The notes under the pieces are model-generated. The model was not told where the DNA came from. It searched no databases and saw nothing but the letters and a program-made list of their open reading frames with translations. 64,000 bases of DNA from a virus, in the IMG/VR virus record IMGVR_UViG_3300025018_000100; one strand, given 5' to 3'. The translations under genes were made by a program, and so were the position numbers. Of this stretch, positions 19,196 through 29,373 are shown in pieces; positions within the stretch are counted from its first letter, which is position 1, and every line of letters begins with the position of its first letter.

Positions 19196-21628
19196 TTATC
19201 TCCCTAAAATAGGTGGAAGTTCGCCACCGCCTGCGATGTCAGCCATTGCGAGGTAGAGGTAAAGACCACCAGAGGCGTTCTTTCCAGAATGGGTTGTGCG
19301 AATTTTCACGCTGTCACCCAGCACGTCGATGTGGAACGCCGTGTTGTTTAGCTGCTCGTCCGCCGACGAGTTGGCGTAGATGGCGTCGTCGATCACATTG
19401 AACGGATTGCGAGCGGTGTCCTGCACTTGCCAGTCTTCCGTACCGCTATCCACCCGCTTAATAAGCACCCACCTTGGCGTGAACCCTAGCCAAATCATTG
19501 GCCCGTCAGCACTGCCGTTGCCCGTATACGAGCCAACCTTGCAGAGACCAGGGACGGAGCGGAAGGCGTAAGCTATGTGATTATTAGTGTTCTGATTGTT
19601 GTTACTATCAGTACCTAGCGTGATGACTGACCCATCTGGGGCGGTGGTGTTTAACCAACTAATGGCCCCGGCAAACCCCTTTGCCCCTGCCTGATCCAGC
19701 ATTAAATAATCGGAATTACCGGCCCCTAATAAGATACAATAGACCACCCAATTTCTGGAAGTATCTCTGTTTTTGAAAATTATTAAATCTGGTGCACCAG
19801 GTAAATCGTGCCCGATTGTGGCCCCCGCAGTGGCGTTGCCTTGATAACCAATTATACTGAAATGGCCCGCCACCGCTGCACTAACTGTACTGGTGATCGT
19901 TCCGTCGTTGTTGGTGACGCCAGCACCACCGGCTCGGAAGCCCCATCCGACATAAGTTGCGGCGCTATCATTGGCGTTGTTCGCATTGTTGATTGTAAAC
20001 CCATCCGCGTCGTCGATGCTATCAAACCCGCCCTCAACTTGTTCGGCATTGGTCGAGTCTGAGTATATGACGTTGTTCACACCACGGATCACGTCTTGGA
20101 GTTTATGGGACAATGCGGCAGATCGTTTTTTGTACCAGAGCAAGTCGCTGGCGAAACCCATTCCGGTAATGCCTCGGTCGTTTGTCGCGTTACCAGTCAA
20201 CAGCAAGGAGTTGAACCAATCCGCACCTTGAGGGTCTGTGGCGAGACGACCGTTGTTCGCAACGCGCAAAGCCGAATACCCAGAACCAATAGGGTAAGTA
20301 AATTCGTCTTCAAAAACCAAGAATGTCCAATCATAGTTATTAAAACGTGCCACAACCGGAAAAAATTCAAGGGACGTATCAACGCCGGTTGAGGTGGTCT
20401 CAAGAACATTATTAATAAGCCACTGTATTTCTCCCGCATCTGCGTCATACCGAACAGTGACAACATCGTTTGCACTAAGTGCGGTGCCCCCAGTGTAAGG
20501 GGTAAGACTGGCGGCAGCAGTTACGTTCTGGACACTACCATTTTCACGATAAGCCCAAGCCTCATTAAACCCCACTGAAGACCCCCTTAATGCGTTATTC
20601 GAGGGGTTGGAAACCGCAAGCGCGGCATCATAGCAACAGATACCGACTGAGCCGTCACCGTTATTGGTTTTCACTTGAAATTCATACTTACCTGTCTTGG
20701 GTAATGGGACGGACAAAAATGCGCCACCATCGCCACCGCCTGAACCTGTAACCCTGCGACCGCCCTCTAATGTTGTGATGGTCGATGAACTGGGCTGGAT
20801 CAATATATCAACAACAGGCCCCAGTCTCGAAGGCGTGTCCGACGATCCATTGGCGGCATGGCTCATGCTTGTTGGCGTGAAGTCGTTCCCGTTCGCGCTT
20901 GCATCGGTGCCGTCGCCAATCTCGGAAGTCTGGCAGAAGCTATTCCCACCAGCCGTGTTAGCCTGAGCCACTAGTTTGGTGTCTGGTTGGGCGGCCCAGA
21001 TAAGACCGTTATCACCCGCCGCCCACCACTGGCCTAAATCCTCAATAGTGAAATCTGCGCCTTGAATGGAAACACCGTCCAGGTAGGTGGCTTGGCTTAT
21101 TCGGGCTGGGATTGGTTGGAAAGCTGCCCCGGCGCTATCAGGCCAAGCGCCCACAAACATATTCTGACCAGAAAGAGATATAGCCGCGCTAAAACCCAAG
21201 GTCGGGTAGGTTGCGGTATCAAAGACAGTCTCTTGCTCACCATTGATAAAAACTTTGATGCGGTCTGATGCAGTAGCTTGGTTAGTATCTACGCTAACCA
21301 CAATATGATACCAGTTAGTATCGCGGAATAGTCGTGTGGTGGTGAGCTGAAAACTAGTTGCGTTGAATTGAGCAAACTCAAACTTTTCATTGAAGAAGCG
21401 AGCCGTCACAGAAGATGGAACGTTTGCTGATCCAAAGAATGCAACATTGTTTCCAAAACCGGTGCGGCGCACCCAAAATGATAAGGCAAACTCCTGCCTG
21501 TTGCCGGTTGACCCTGGAGTCCATGATAAATAATCAGCCGATCCATCAAACCATGCGGATTGATCCACAGTTAAAGGGTTCCAACTATTATTTGAAGCAG
21601 CTAAAACATTACTATTAAAAATACTCAT
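19196..21628 (-). CDS. Tail fibre / receptor-binding protein with LamG- and SPRY-like domains
   Basis: FDGSADYL, RLFRDTNWYHIVV (LamG), GKYEFQV (SPRY-like), GSYTGNGSADGP repeats; much more GC-rich than its flanks. Confidence 0.8.
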   Translation of the reverse strand: MSIFNSNVLAASNNSWNPLTVDQSAWFDGSADYLSWTPGSTGNRQEFALSFWVRRTGFGNNVAFFGSANVPSSVTARFFNEKFEFAQFNATSFQLTTTRLFRDTNWYHIVVSVDTNQATASDRIKVFINGEQETVFDTATYPTLGFSAAISLSGQNMFVGAWPDSAGAAFQPIPARISQATYLDGVSIQGADFTIEDLGQWWAAGDNGLIWAAQPDTKLVAQANTAGGNSFCQTSEIGDGTDASANGNDFTPTSMSHAANGSSDTPSRLGPVVDILIQPSSSTITTLEGGRRVTGSGGGDGGAFLSVPLPKTGKYEFQVKTNNGDGSVGICCYDAALAVSNPSNNALRGSSVGFNEAWAYRENGSVQNVTAAASLTPYTGGTALSANDVVTVRYDADAGEIQWLINNVLETTSTGVDTSLEFFPVVARFNNYDWTFLVFEDEFTYPIGSGYSALRVANNGRLATDPQGADWFNSLLLTGNATNDRGITGMGFASDLLWYKKRSAALSHKLQDVIRGVNNVIYSDSTNAEQVEGGFDSIDDADGFTINNANNANDSAATYVGWGFRAGGAGVTNNDGTITSTVSAAVAGHFSIIGYQGNATAGATIGHDLPGAPDLIIFKNRDTSRNWVVYCILLGAGNSDYLMLDQAGAKGFAGAISWLNTTAPDGSVITLGTDSNNNQNTNNHIAYAFRSVPGLCKVGSYTGNGSADGPMIWLGFTPRWVLIKRVDSGTEDWQVQDTARNPFNVIDDAIYANSSADEQLNNTAFHIDVLGDSVKIRTTHSGKNASGGLYLYLAMADIAGGGELPPILGR

Positions 21629-22539
21629 TAAACCATATCCTTAGCAGCAGTCAAATATACAGCTGTTCCATTAGATAAATAACTTAATAAAGTTATTCCA
21701 CTTGATAAAGTTAAACTACTTGTTTTAATGTTCCCGTCAATGCTAATATTATTAGCAGAAGTATTAATTAGCTCAATCCACCCAGATTGTCCTATAGCAT
21801 TAGAAATATTTGTAAAATTGATAGTTATATCTTCTGATACTACGCAAGTAAAATTTTGAGCAACATCTAAATTAAAATAACCTTGATTATTGCTTGTAAT
21901 GTTTACTCTTCCTTTATTTGCATACACAGTGCCCCACCTACTAGCTTCATTACCAAAATTAGAAGTTAGATTATTAGTAGGATTAACGTTTCCTCCGATA
22001 TTAATGTTATTCCCAATAGTTACATTCCCGTCAGAGGATAAATTGTTAGCAAAGTATCCTTCTCCTAGAGTATTAACCCAGAAAGTAGTATTATTTGTAT
22101 CGTTCCCAATAAATCCAGAATAAAAATATGCATTTTGACTATACGTGTTAGACCCAGCACCAATTATTGTATTCGAAAAAGTAAAAGAAGGTGCGTGGAA
22201 TACCGCGGCCATATTATGGTCTTGCTTAGGCTGAACAAATAATCTTTCGGCATCTAAACTAGCAAATCCAAAAATTCCTGTTCCTAAAGTCCATACAGCA
22301 TCATTATCAAAATATACAAACCCAGAGTCTGATATTACAGTAGACCCTGTAATATTTAAATCCCCGACGGTAAAATCATTAGTAGATATAGAGGTTGAAA
22401 AAGTGTTACCTGTTACATGTAGATTAGCAGCAGGCGTGACTGTACCAACACCTACACGAACATTAGTTCTATCTACGTGTAGAATACCTGTATTGTCAAC
22501 ACCGGTACCACCCATCTGTGTACTAATTCTCTGTACCAT
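21628..22539 (-). CDS. Tail fibre-like structural protein
   Basis: RVGVGTVTPAANLHVTGN fibre motif; Asn/Thr/Gly-rich. Confidence 0.7.
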   Translation of the reverse strand: MVQRISTQMGGTGVDNTGILHVDRTNVRVGVGTVTPAANLHVTGNTFSTSISTNDFTVGDLNITGSTVISDSGFVYFDNDAVWTLGTGIFGFASLDAERLFVQPKQDHNMAAVFHAPSFTFSNTIIGAGSNTYSQNAYFYSGFIGNDTNNTTFWVNTLGEGYFANNLSSDGNVTIGNNINIGGNVNPTNNLTSNFGNEASRWGTVYANKGRVNITSNNQGYFNLDVAQNFTCVVSEDITINFTNISNAIGQSGWIELINTSANNISIDGNIKTSSLTLSSGITLLSYLSNGTAVYLTAAKDMV

Positions 22540-23006
22540 TAATTACCCTCAAAAAGATCATTCATTAGCTTATCATAATTATTAATCTGAATAGCTACTC
22601 CAGGACCTTGTTCTTTCTTAGGCTTGATATTTGTTTCCACATCGTTAAGATGTTTTAACCAATCAAGTAAATCTTTTTTACTATAAACACCAGTCTCTAG
22701 TGCTTCTTCTAGTTTGTGCTCAATTACTTTGTTTATTACTTGTAATCTCTTACTTCTATTAAGATAGCCCTGATTTAAAATTACACCATTAATATAATTT
22801 TGAACCTCTTTCTTATCTAAAACTGTGGTAACTAAGTCTGGAGATATATCATATTCTTTAGCTATAGCAGAGACGTCTTTTCCTGCCAAACTATCGTTTG
22901 CAATACTTAAATATACTGGATCAAGTTTAGGAGCTTCTAAACTTTTAGTTAAAGCATTATCGCCAGTATCTGGTTCATATACTTTTACATCTGTAGTTCT
23001 AGACAT
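22539..23006 (-). CDS. terS: Terminase small subunit (T5-like)
   Basis: HTH-like N-terminus, GYLNR, KLEEALETGVYSKKDLLD and IQINNY motifs of T5-type TerS. Confidence 0.8.
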   Translation of the reverse strand: MSRTTDVKVYEPDTGDNALTKSLEAPKLDPVYLSIANDSLAGKDVSAIAKEYDISPDLVTTVLDKKEVQNYINGVILNQGYLNRSKRLQVINKVIEHKLEEALETGVYSKKDLLDWLKHLNDVETNIKPKKEQGPGVAIQINNYDKLMNDLFEGN

Positions 23007-23470
23007 TATACTGTTACCTCATACGAAATTTCTAGTGTAACTTCGGCTATACCAAACGGAGCAAATAAACCTTCATCTGTCTCAACGCTAGTAACTCGTA
23101 CATCTACTATATCTTGAGCGCAACCTTCATATCGCATACCACCAATTACAAATTCAATATCATCTAATAAGTTATCAGCAGCAGCTATACTATCGTCACC
23201 ATCTCGGATATAACCTCTTAAATTTACTGTATAGTTTCCGTATTTTACACCAGCCCCGATGTGAATACGAGATTCAGTCGCATTGTAAACACAGATTGTG
23301 GGGAAATCATTAATTTCGTCTACATATTTAAAGCGGCTGAATACTCGATCGTCTACGTTATTAACAAAAGTATGTGGGCTGTTAGGATATCTAACTTCCT
23401 CTAATGTTAACCCGTTTATTTTTTTTAATTGAGTTACAAGTAACTCAGTAATTTCTCTTTTACGTGCCAT
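23006..23470 (-). CDS. Second tail-terminator-like protein
   Basis: Clear paralog of 6273..6716 (REIT..L..LK.ING, INDFP, TDEGL..P.G). Confidence 0.75.
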   Translation of the reverse strand: MARKREITELLVTQLKKINGLTLEEVRYPNSPHTFVNNVDDRVFSRFKYVDEINDFPTICVYNATESRIHIGAGVKYGNYTVNLRGYIRDGDDSIAAADNLLDDIEFVIGGMRYEGCAQDIVDVRVTSVETDEGLFAPFGIAEVTLEISYEVTV

Positions 23471-23849
23471 AGATTAATTCTTTAAACTTTTCTATACTAC
23501 CACACTCTAAAGCTTTTCGAGTACAATAGGTTTTTATTATGTGATTTGGATTTTTTAATAACCAATATATGATATACTTTTTAACTTGGTCGTCAGTAAT
23601 ATCAAAAAAATTTTTTGTAAACCAGCTTTTAGTAGTCTTTAGACTAGGTATTTGAATAGATAGATATTCGTTATATTCTGTAGCCGTTGGAATATGGTGA
23701 GGATGGAGTATACAATCTAAACTTAATAGTTGTTTACCAGCACTATCTACGGGTATTCCTATATCATCATAACCTGCCGGTTCTAATGGGTATATCATAT
23801 TACCTTCTGGTCCCCATACAAAAGGCCCATAAGAATAATTAACCATCAC
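23460..23849 (-). CDS. Hypothetical protein
   Basis: ORF translationally coupled in the late operon. Confidence 0.65.
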   Translation of the reverse strand: MMVNYSYGPFVWGPEGNMIYPLEPAGYDDIGIPVDSAGKQLLSLDCILHPHHIPTATEYNEYLSIQIPSLKTTKSWFTKNFFDITDDQVKKYIIYWLLKNPNHIIKTYCTRKALECGSIEKFKELIYGT

Positions 23850-24285
23850 TAATTGCTGTGTTAACGTATTTATTCCCTAAGAAAGATACTTGTTCTGTAC
23901 TATCTAATTTACTAATGTGATCTAAAATATAACTATCAACTTGCTCTGTAAAAACAGAAGCGTTGACGTTTTCTCTAATACCACTTTCTTGCTCTACAAC
24001 TACTTGTACGTTATCTATTAATATATTATTCATAGTAGGGAATTGACTATTTAGTGTTACCCAATAGTCTTTTGCATCTAATAAATTCACAGCATTAAAC
24101 GACACCAAAATATTATTATTGGCATCTCTAATATCAGCATCTGTAAACCAAGTAAAACTGGTTTCTTCTTTATAAGGAATATAAAGAGTAGTAATTAAAT
24201 CAACATTAGCTCTTTGATAATAAGCGACCCAAGCGTTGAAGCGACCGTTTTGGTACTCTCGCTCAGCACTTAAAAGTGTATACAT
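23839..24285 (-). CDS. Hypothetical protein, first gene of the late operon
   Basis: ORF downstream of promoter 24331-24359. Confidence 0.65.
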   Translation of the reverse strand: MYTLLSAEREYQNGRFNAWVAYYQRANVDLITTLYIPYKEETSFTWFTDADIRDANNNILVSFNAVNLLDAKDYWVTLNSQFPTMNNILIDNVQVVVEQESGIRENVNASVFTEQVDSYILDHISKLDSTEQVSFLGNKYVNTAISDG

Positions 24286-24330
24286 TCTAGCTTCCCCGCA
24301 ATTAAAAAGTTATTTATCATTATTCTATGT

Positions 24331-24359
24331 ATATTAACATATTAAAATTGACATGTCAA
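24331..24359 (-). promoter_or_regulatory. Sigma70-like late promoter
   Basis: TTGACA-17-TAATAT. Confidence 0.65.
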
Positions 24360-24459
24360 AAATAAAAGTATTAGAAAAGTTTTAAGGCTTCAAGTATGTG
24401 GTAGTAGAAAATTTAAAATAATCTTGCTACCATTATGGTATCGAAATTTTAAAATTATA

Positions 24460-24488
24460 TTGATGAATACAATTTTATATGTTATAGT
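24460..24488 (+). promoter_or_regulatory. Divergent sigma70-like promoter
   Basis: TTGATG-17-TATAGT upstream of 24578. Confidence 0.5.
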
Positions 24489-24577
24489 ATAGTTACGAAA
24501 TAATTGGAAAAAGGTATAAAATATTAAAATTTCCACTAAAATGAAAACTTATTTTAAGATATAGGAGTTATATAATA

Positions 24578-25126
24578 ATGACATGTATAGTTGGGTTACG
24601 TAATGATAAAGGAGTTATACTGGCAGGAGATAGTGCCGGAGTTGAGGGATTCAACGTAACCATTAGAAAAGATAGTAAAGTTTTTAAGGTAAATAACATA
24701 TTAATTGGATATACTAGTAGCTTTAGAATGGGACAAATTATACGTTATCATTTAGATATAACGTATAGTGGGGACGAAGATGAATATGATTGGATGGTAA
24801 CTGTTTTTATTCCTCATATAAGAAAAATTCTACAAGAGCATGGATTTACTAAAATAAATAATAACGAAGAGTCCGGAGGTGTCTTTCTCGTAGGAATTAA
24901 TAATAGGTTATTTATAGTAGAATCAGATTTTCAAGTGGGAGAAAGTAATTTAGTATATGAGAGCGTAGGTTGTGGAGAAAAATATGCTAAAGGATATATT
25001 TATGCGGCTCTAGGAAATATTAATAATACAAGAACAGAAGAACAAATAGTAGAAGGTGCATTATACTGCGCTACTAACTTTAGTGCAGGTGTAAGACCTC
25101 CTTTTAACTTTATCAAGAACTATTAA
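24578..25126 (+). CDS. HslV/proteasome-beta-like Ntn-hydrolase protease
   Basis: N-terminal MTCIVG (catalytic Thr), AGDS, SKVF, SVGCG..YA.G. Confidence 0.8.
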   Translation: MTCIVGLRNDKGVILAGDSAGVEGFNVTIRKDSKVFKVNNILIGYTSSFRMGQIIRYHLDITYSGDEDEYDWMVTVFIPHIRKILQEHGFTKINNNEESGGVFLVGINNRLFIVESDFQVGESNLVYESVGCGEKYAKGYIYAALGNINNTRTEEQIVEGALYCATNFSAGVRPPFNFIKNY

Positions 25127-25137
25127 AGGAAAAATTA

Positions 25138-25383
25138 ATGTTAAAAAAGAAAGATGTTATTCATAGATTAGCCGATAGAATTGATGTTGACAAGAAAGGT
25201 AACGATCTAGTTATACATAGAGGCTATACAAATAAAGTTTATAAATCATTAAAAAATGATTATTCTCGTTATCGAAGCGGTAAGTGGTTTCAAGGCAATC
25301 ATAACGAATTTTATAAAGCAACCTTAGAGGACTTATTTGTTGTCTACCAAACTTTTAAGAGAATTAACTACAATAAGTATTAA
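25138..25383 (+). CDS. Hypothetical protein
   Basis: ORF with AAGGA RBS. Confidence 0.55.
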   Translation: MLKKKDVIHRLADRIDVDKKGNDLVIHRGYTNKVYKSLKNDYSRYRSGKWFQGNHNEFYKATLEDLFVVYQTFKRINYNKY

Positions 25384-25591
25384 TTATCATTTATCTTTAG
25401 CAGCTCTTGGTAATAATAAAAACTCTGCATTTGCTAGAAAAAGCAGACTCAGAGAGCTAGAGCTATTATCAGGTGCTTATAGTAAAAAAATACATGAAGT
25501 ATTACGTTATTTAATTGAAACTAAAAATATATCTAACGAAGAACTAACGGACTTACTAACATTAATGATAGAAATATCAGATGGACAGTAA
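25337..25591 (+). CDS. Hypothetical protein
   Basis: ORF in operon; start uncertain. Confidence 0.45.
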   Translation: MLSTKLLRELTTISINYHLSLAALGNNKNSAFARKSRLRELELLSGAYSKKIHEVLRYLIETKNISNEELTDLLTLMIEISDGQ

Positions 25592-25811
25592 CTATTTGAC
25601 AATAAAACCTAACGATCAAATAGATGCGCCGTATCCGCCATATAACTTCGTTATAGTAGGAGAACGATTAGATAATAAGTTCAAGTTTGATAAGCGCCCT
25701 AAAGAATATGAAGAATGGAGTGCTAACAAAAACGTACATCTTCGTATAGGTATTAGAGATGATTACTATAGCATCTATGAAATGTTTATGATATTTATTG
25801 TAATTAATTAA
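25581..25811 (+). CDS. Hypothetical protein
   Basis: ORF overlapping the previous stop. Confidence 0.5.
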   Translation: MDSNYLTIKPNDQIDAPYPPYNFVIVGERLDNKFKFDKRPKEYEEWSANKNVHLRIGIRDDYYSIYEMFMIFIVIN

Positions 25812-25838
25812 GCAGAAAAGCTTTTCTGCTTAATTAAT
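25803..25838. repeat. Perfect 36-bp palindrome
   Basis: ATTAATTAAGCAGAAAAG|CTTTTCTGCTTAATTAAT. Confidence 0.9.
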
Positions 25839-25993
25839 CTTGCATTATGCTATACAATATAGTATTTTATATAAAAGGGAAAAAATGAAATCAATAAGTT
25901 TAGAAGAAATAGCAAATTTAGCCTAAATAATTTTAGATTAGGCCGGCTACTGCAATATTTAGACAAAAATAATATTAAAAAAAGGAATTAAGA

Positions 25994-26341
25994 ATGCTAA
26001 TTAAAAAATTGATAGATATGTACTGGGAATTTAGAAGGGGTTTTACGATAAGACCTGTTGACAAAGAGTGGGATAGTCTTCTAAATAAACTAATGGATGA
26101 AGGAAAACTATTAGAGACACAAAGCAATTTTACTTGTGTTTTTGAATATGATAATTTACATTATTATGTATGGGTAGGTAACTGGCCCTTTGCTTATGGT
26201 TATTTATGGGGCTCTACTCCTAAACAAGAGAAATACCCTAACTTTATTGATAACAATAATAGTCACAATGAGGTATTACCTAAAGCAGTAACGGCGTTTA
26301 AATTAAGGAATTTTTTAAAAGATGCTAGAGCAAATAATTAA
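25994..26341 (+). CDS. Hypothetical protein (paralog of 26413..26778)
   Basis: W..L....GKL.E...VW.GN...AYG pattern shared with the next ORF. Confidence 0.7.
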   Translation: MLIKKLIDMYWEFRRGFTIRPVDKEWDSLLNKLMDEGKLLETQSNFTCVFEYDNLHYYVWVGNWPFAYGYLWGSTPKQEKYPNFIDNNNSHNEVLPKAVTAFKLRNFLKDARANN

Positions 26342-26412
26342 GCATATTATAAAAAGTCAAGAAACTCGTAAACAGACTAGAGAACAACAAAAAAAATCAG
26401 CTCAACAGATTT

Positions 26413-26778
26413 ATGTCTAGTTTAAAAGACAGCAAAGAAAAAGAGCATCTAAATAAAATAGCTATCTCTCAAGGCATCAAATATAAAGATTCTAGCATTT
26501 GTCAACAATGGTCAGACCTTGTTAAACTATATTTAACACATGGAAAACTAATAGAAAATGACGGTAGAACAATTGTTTTTGATGTAGGTGGACATAAAGT
26601 AGAAATATGGACGAGTAATTTCGGTTACGCTTTTGGAAAACCTTGGAATACCCCACCGTTTGATGGAGATGAAAGACCTGAAAGATATGTTGGTTACGCG
26701 TTAAAACTCTATATAGATAGCTTAACAACAAATTTTGTAGACGATATCTATAAGGAAGTATATGATGATAAACTTTGA
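26413..26778 (+). CDS. Hypothetical protein (paralog of 25994..26341)
   Basis: GKLIE...IWTSNFGYAFG. Confidence 0.65.
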   Translation: MSSLKDSKEKEHLNKIAISQGIKYKDSSICQQWSDLVKLYLTHGKLIENDGRTIVFDVGGHKVEIWTSNFGYAFGKPWNTPPFDGDERPERYVGYALKLYIDSLTTNFVDDIYKEVYDDKL

Positions 26779-27250
26779 AGATGATAATTTTAAGTTTTCG
26801 CCTAGAGTAAAAATTGTAGAAGCAGCTAGAAGAACAGGAAAAACTAAAGCTATTAAAGAAAGAATTAGTAAAATTAATGAACAAGATAGTGTATTAATAG
26901 GAAGTTCCGGGTATTCATTAAGAGTATCGTCATCCGAAGCAATAAGTAGAATAAAAGAGAGATTTGCAGGAACAACTTATAAGAAAATAGGCATTTACGC
27001 AGATGATTATTTTGGCGATATTCATATTATAGACACGATAAGTAAAATTATTCACCATAAATCTTTAGAAACTATAGAAATTTGTGTAGCTTATACTCCT
27101 ATAGATGCTTGTCAAATATATAATGGCATCTTCGATAGCACTAAAATAAGACATAAACATAATAAAGATATTATTAGTGAAGAAGCTATTAAACTAATTC
27201 AAACTATTGGTTGGGAAAATTTTAAGAAAAATTACTTGTTATGCGATTAA
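26762..27250 (+). CDS. Hypothetical protein with P-loop-like motif
   Basis: AARRTGKTK. Confidence 0.55.
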   Translation: MMINFEDDNFKFSPRVKIVEAARRTGKTKAIKERISKINEQDSVLIGSSGYSLRVSSSEAISRIKERFAGTTYKKIGIYADDYFGDIHIIDTISKIIHHKSLETIEICVAYTPIDACQIYNGIFDSTKIRHKHNKDIISEEAIKLIQTIGWENFKKNYLLCD

Positions 27251-27543
27251 ATACTAGATATACAAATATACACAAACAAATCTGGTACATAAAAAATTCT
27301 TTTTATACTAGGCAACAAAGATATTTAAGTACTACGCTATTAAACTATGATATCAGAAAATCGATATTTGTTAATAGTATACTAGCCTATCCTATGGCTA
27401 GAAACGTTACCCATTATAGGCTATGGACATATCCAGAGATATTAGTCTTTCCTCTTAGAAAAAAGGAAAAAATAAAGTTTAATATGGGTAAAGAGTTACA
27501 CAAATTATATAGAGGAAATCTTTATACTAAAAGGAAAAAATAA
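27241..27543 (+). CDS. Hypothetical protein
   Basis: Coupled ORF. Confidence 0.45.
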   Translation: MRLNTRYTNIHKQIWYIKNSFYTRQQRYLSTTLLNYDIRKSIFVNSILAYPMARNVTHYRLWTYPEILVFPLRKKEKIKFNMGKELHKLYRGNLYTKRKK

Positions 27544-27819
27544 ATGGTTAAAATAGAAGGTAATGATATAGTTATTCGAATACCTATTGAGACATTAGAT
27601 ATATCTGTTAATGATGGGTATGATCTTGGTTATTTAGATTATAATGTAAGATTAGTAGACAAAAATGTTTTTGCTAAAGATTTAGTTACTGAATTAGAAA
27701 GAGAAAGCGAAGACGGATCAACACTAATAAATGAAATGTTAGATCAAGCTTGTAATCAAGTTATAGAAAATGGTTCACTAGGCGTTGAAGAAATTGGAGA
27801 AAATGTAGATTATGCTTGA
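27544..27819 (+). CDS. Hypothetical acidic protein
   Basis: RBS, coupled ORF. Confidence 0.65.
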   Translation: MVKIEGNDIVIRIPIETLDISVNDGYDLGYLDYNVRLVDKNVFAKDLVTELERESEDGSTLINEMLDQACNQVIENGSLGVEEIGENVDYA

Positions 27820-27978
27820 GCAAAAAGTAGTTAGTATTATAGAGATAGCAACAGCTATTTATATCAGAAAAGCAGGAGATAGTAGTTACTCTTTAAAAGA
27901 TAGTGATATCTCAAGAGCAATTAATGATGCAACTAAATTTGTAGAAGCTATCCACGAATTTAAAAAGACAGTAAAATA

Positions 27979-28614
27979 ATGTTTGCTTATCATAATGATC
28001 CACGTACTAAAGAAGATATTATTAGTCAGTTAGAATTTCATAAACTTGCTGACCAATTGGAACAAGGTGCTTATTGGGATAACCATTTTAAAAAAGGCTG
28101 TGCAGTAGGTTGCACAATTTACAGTAACAACCACATAGAGTATGAGCATAGATTCGGTATTCCAGCCAATCTAGCTATGATAGAAGAGGGTATTTTTGAA
28201 GGTCTAAGTGTAGAGGCATCTAAAAATTGGCCTATAGATTTTATGAAAGCTATTAACGTAGGAAGTAATTTAGAAGGAGTAGATTGGATTATTTGTAGAT
28301 ATGCTTTTAGTTTAAGAAAAGATAATTATCCTAAACTTATTTATGATATAATAGATGATATGCTTGCTAGTTTGTCAGAAGGCGTAGAAGACAAAAAAAT
28401 AGAAAAATATGCTAGACCGATGTTATATGAAGTCATCGAACAATCTCATCGTATAAATTATAGAAAACCTAGTTACGTAAAACTAATAACTCTTGACTGT
28501 TATCTACATGCGATAATTCATAGATGGTGCGATAGTATTTTCTATAAGTATACTACCGATGAAGTTAAAAAAGTAGCAGATTTTACTATTAACCTATTAA
28601 AGGATATTAAATAA
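27979..28614 (+). CDS. Hypothetical phage protein
   Basis: 211 aa ORF; KGCAVGCT...GIP..LA..EEGIFEGL motif. Confidence 0.75.
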   Translation: MFAYHNDPRTKEDIISQLEFHKLADQLEQGAYWDNHFKKGCAVGCTIYSNNHIEYEHRFGIPANLAMIEEGIFEGLSVEASKNWPIDFMKAINVGSNLEGVDWIICRYAFSLRKDNYPKLIYDIIDDMLASLSEGVEDKKIEKYARPMLYEVIEQSHRINYRKPSYVKLITLDCYLHAIIHRWCDSIFYKYTTDEVKKVADFTINLLKDIK

Positions 28615-28830
28615 ATGTTTTTTCATAATTTTATAGCTCATCCCGTAATGGCTATACTACAATTAATTGGACTGAAAGACTTAGCAGCAAAGATTCATGA
28701 TAGTACTTGTCCACAAAAAACTGATAAATACGCTCAATATATTTTAAACAATAGTGAGTCATATAGGCAAGAATTATTGCAAAAAATTAACGATAGCGAA
28801 AGAGGAAAAATAATTGACAAAAAAATCTGA
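28615..28830 (+). CDS. Hypothetical protein
   Basis: HNFIAHP...IHD.T.P motif; coupled. Confidence 0.65.
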   Translation: MFFHNFIAHPVMAILQLIGLKDLAAKIHDSTCPQKTDKYAQYILNNSESYRQELLQKINDSERGKIIDKKI

Positions 28831-29056
28831 GATCGAAGAATATCTTCAGTCTGAATTACATAGTCTATGTTCTGATGCTACTGTCTGTTATTATTTCTGT
28901 AAATATAAGAATGAAGATATGTCTATAGAAAAAGCAGTAATTGAGGCACTTCGTATTAAAGTGAAGGAAAACGAATCAATAACTAATGATCTTATAGAGC
29001 TTAAATCAAGAACTCTTGGTAATATGTTGGTCGGAAATAAAGTTTGCTCAAGTTGA
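28814..29056 (+). CDS. Hypothetical protein
   Basis: GAGGA RBS, TTG start. Confidence 0.55.
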   Translation: MTKKSEIEEYLQSELHSLCSDATVCYYFCKYKNEDMSIEKAVIEALRIKVKENESITNDLIELKSRTLGNMLVGNKVCSS

Positions 29057-29373
29057 TATGATTTGCTTATACGTTTGCTCATACGTTTGCTCGGAGAGCA
29101 ACAACGCCGGTAACGCTGAGTAAATTTTATAACTACTATAGGTAAATACTTGTTATTCCTTCAAGGAATAGTTAAACAGTCTTAGATTTTTTGGAAAAAA
29201 TCCCAAATAAAGTTCCTGGGCAGGGGACACATGAAAGTCAAGGTTGTATAGTCTCCATAACCGCCCCCCATGGTTGTATATTATTTCTATAGAAATATAA
29301 AAATAATGCTTGCATTAATAAGATTAAGTGTTATCTTACTTATAGACAATAACCAACGGAAAAGGACTGAAAA

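Noticed and set aside
29042-29092. Short TTTGCT / ATACGTTTGCTC duplications
   Set aside because: Only one exact 12-bp duplication; too little to interpret
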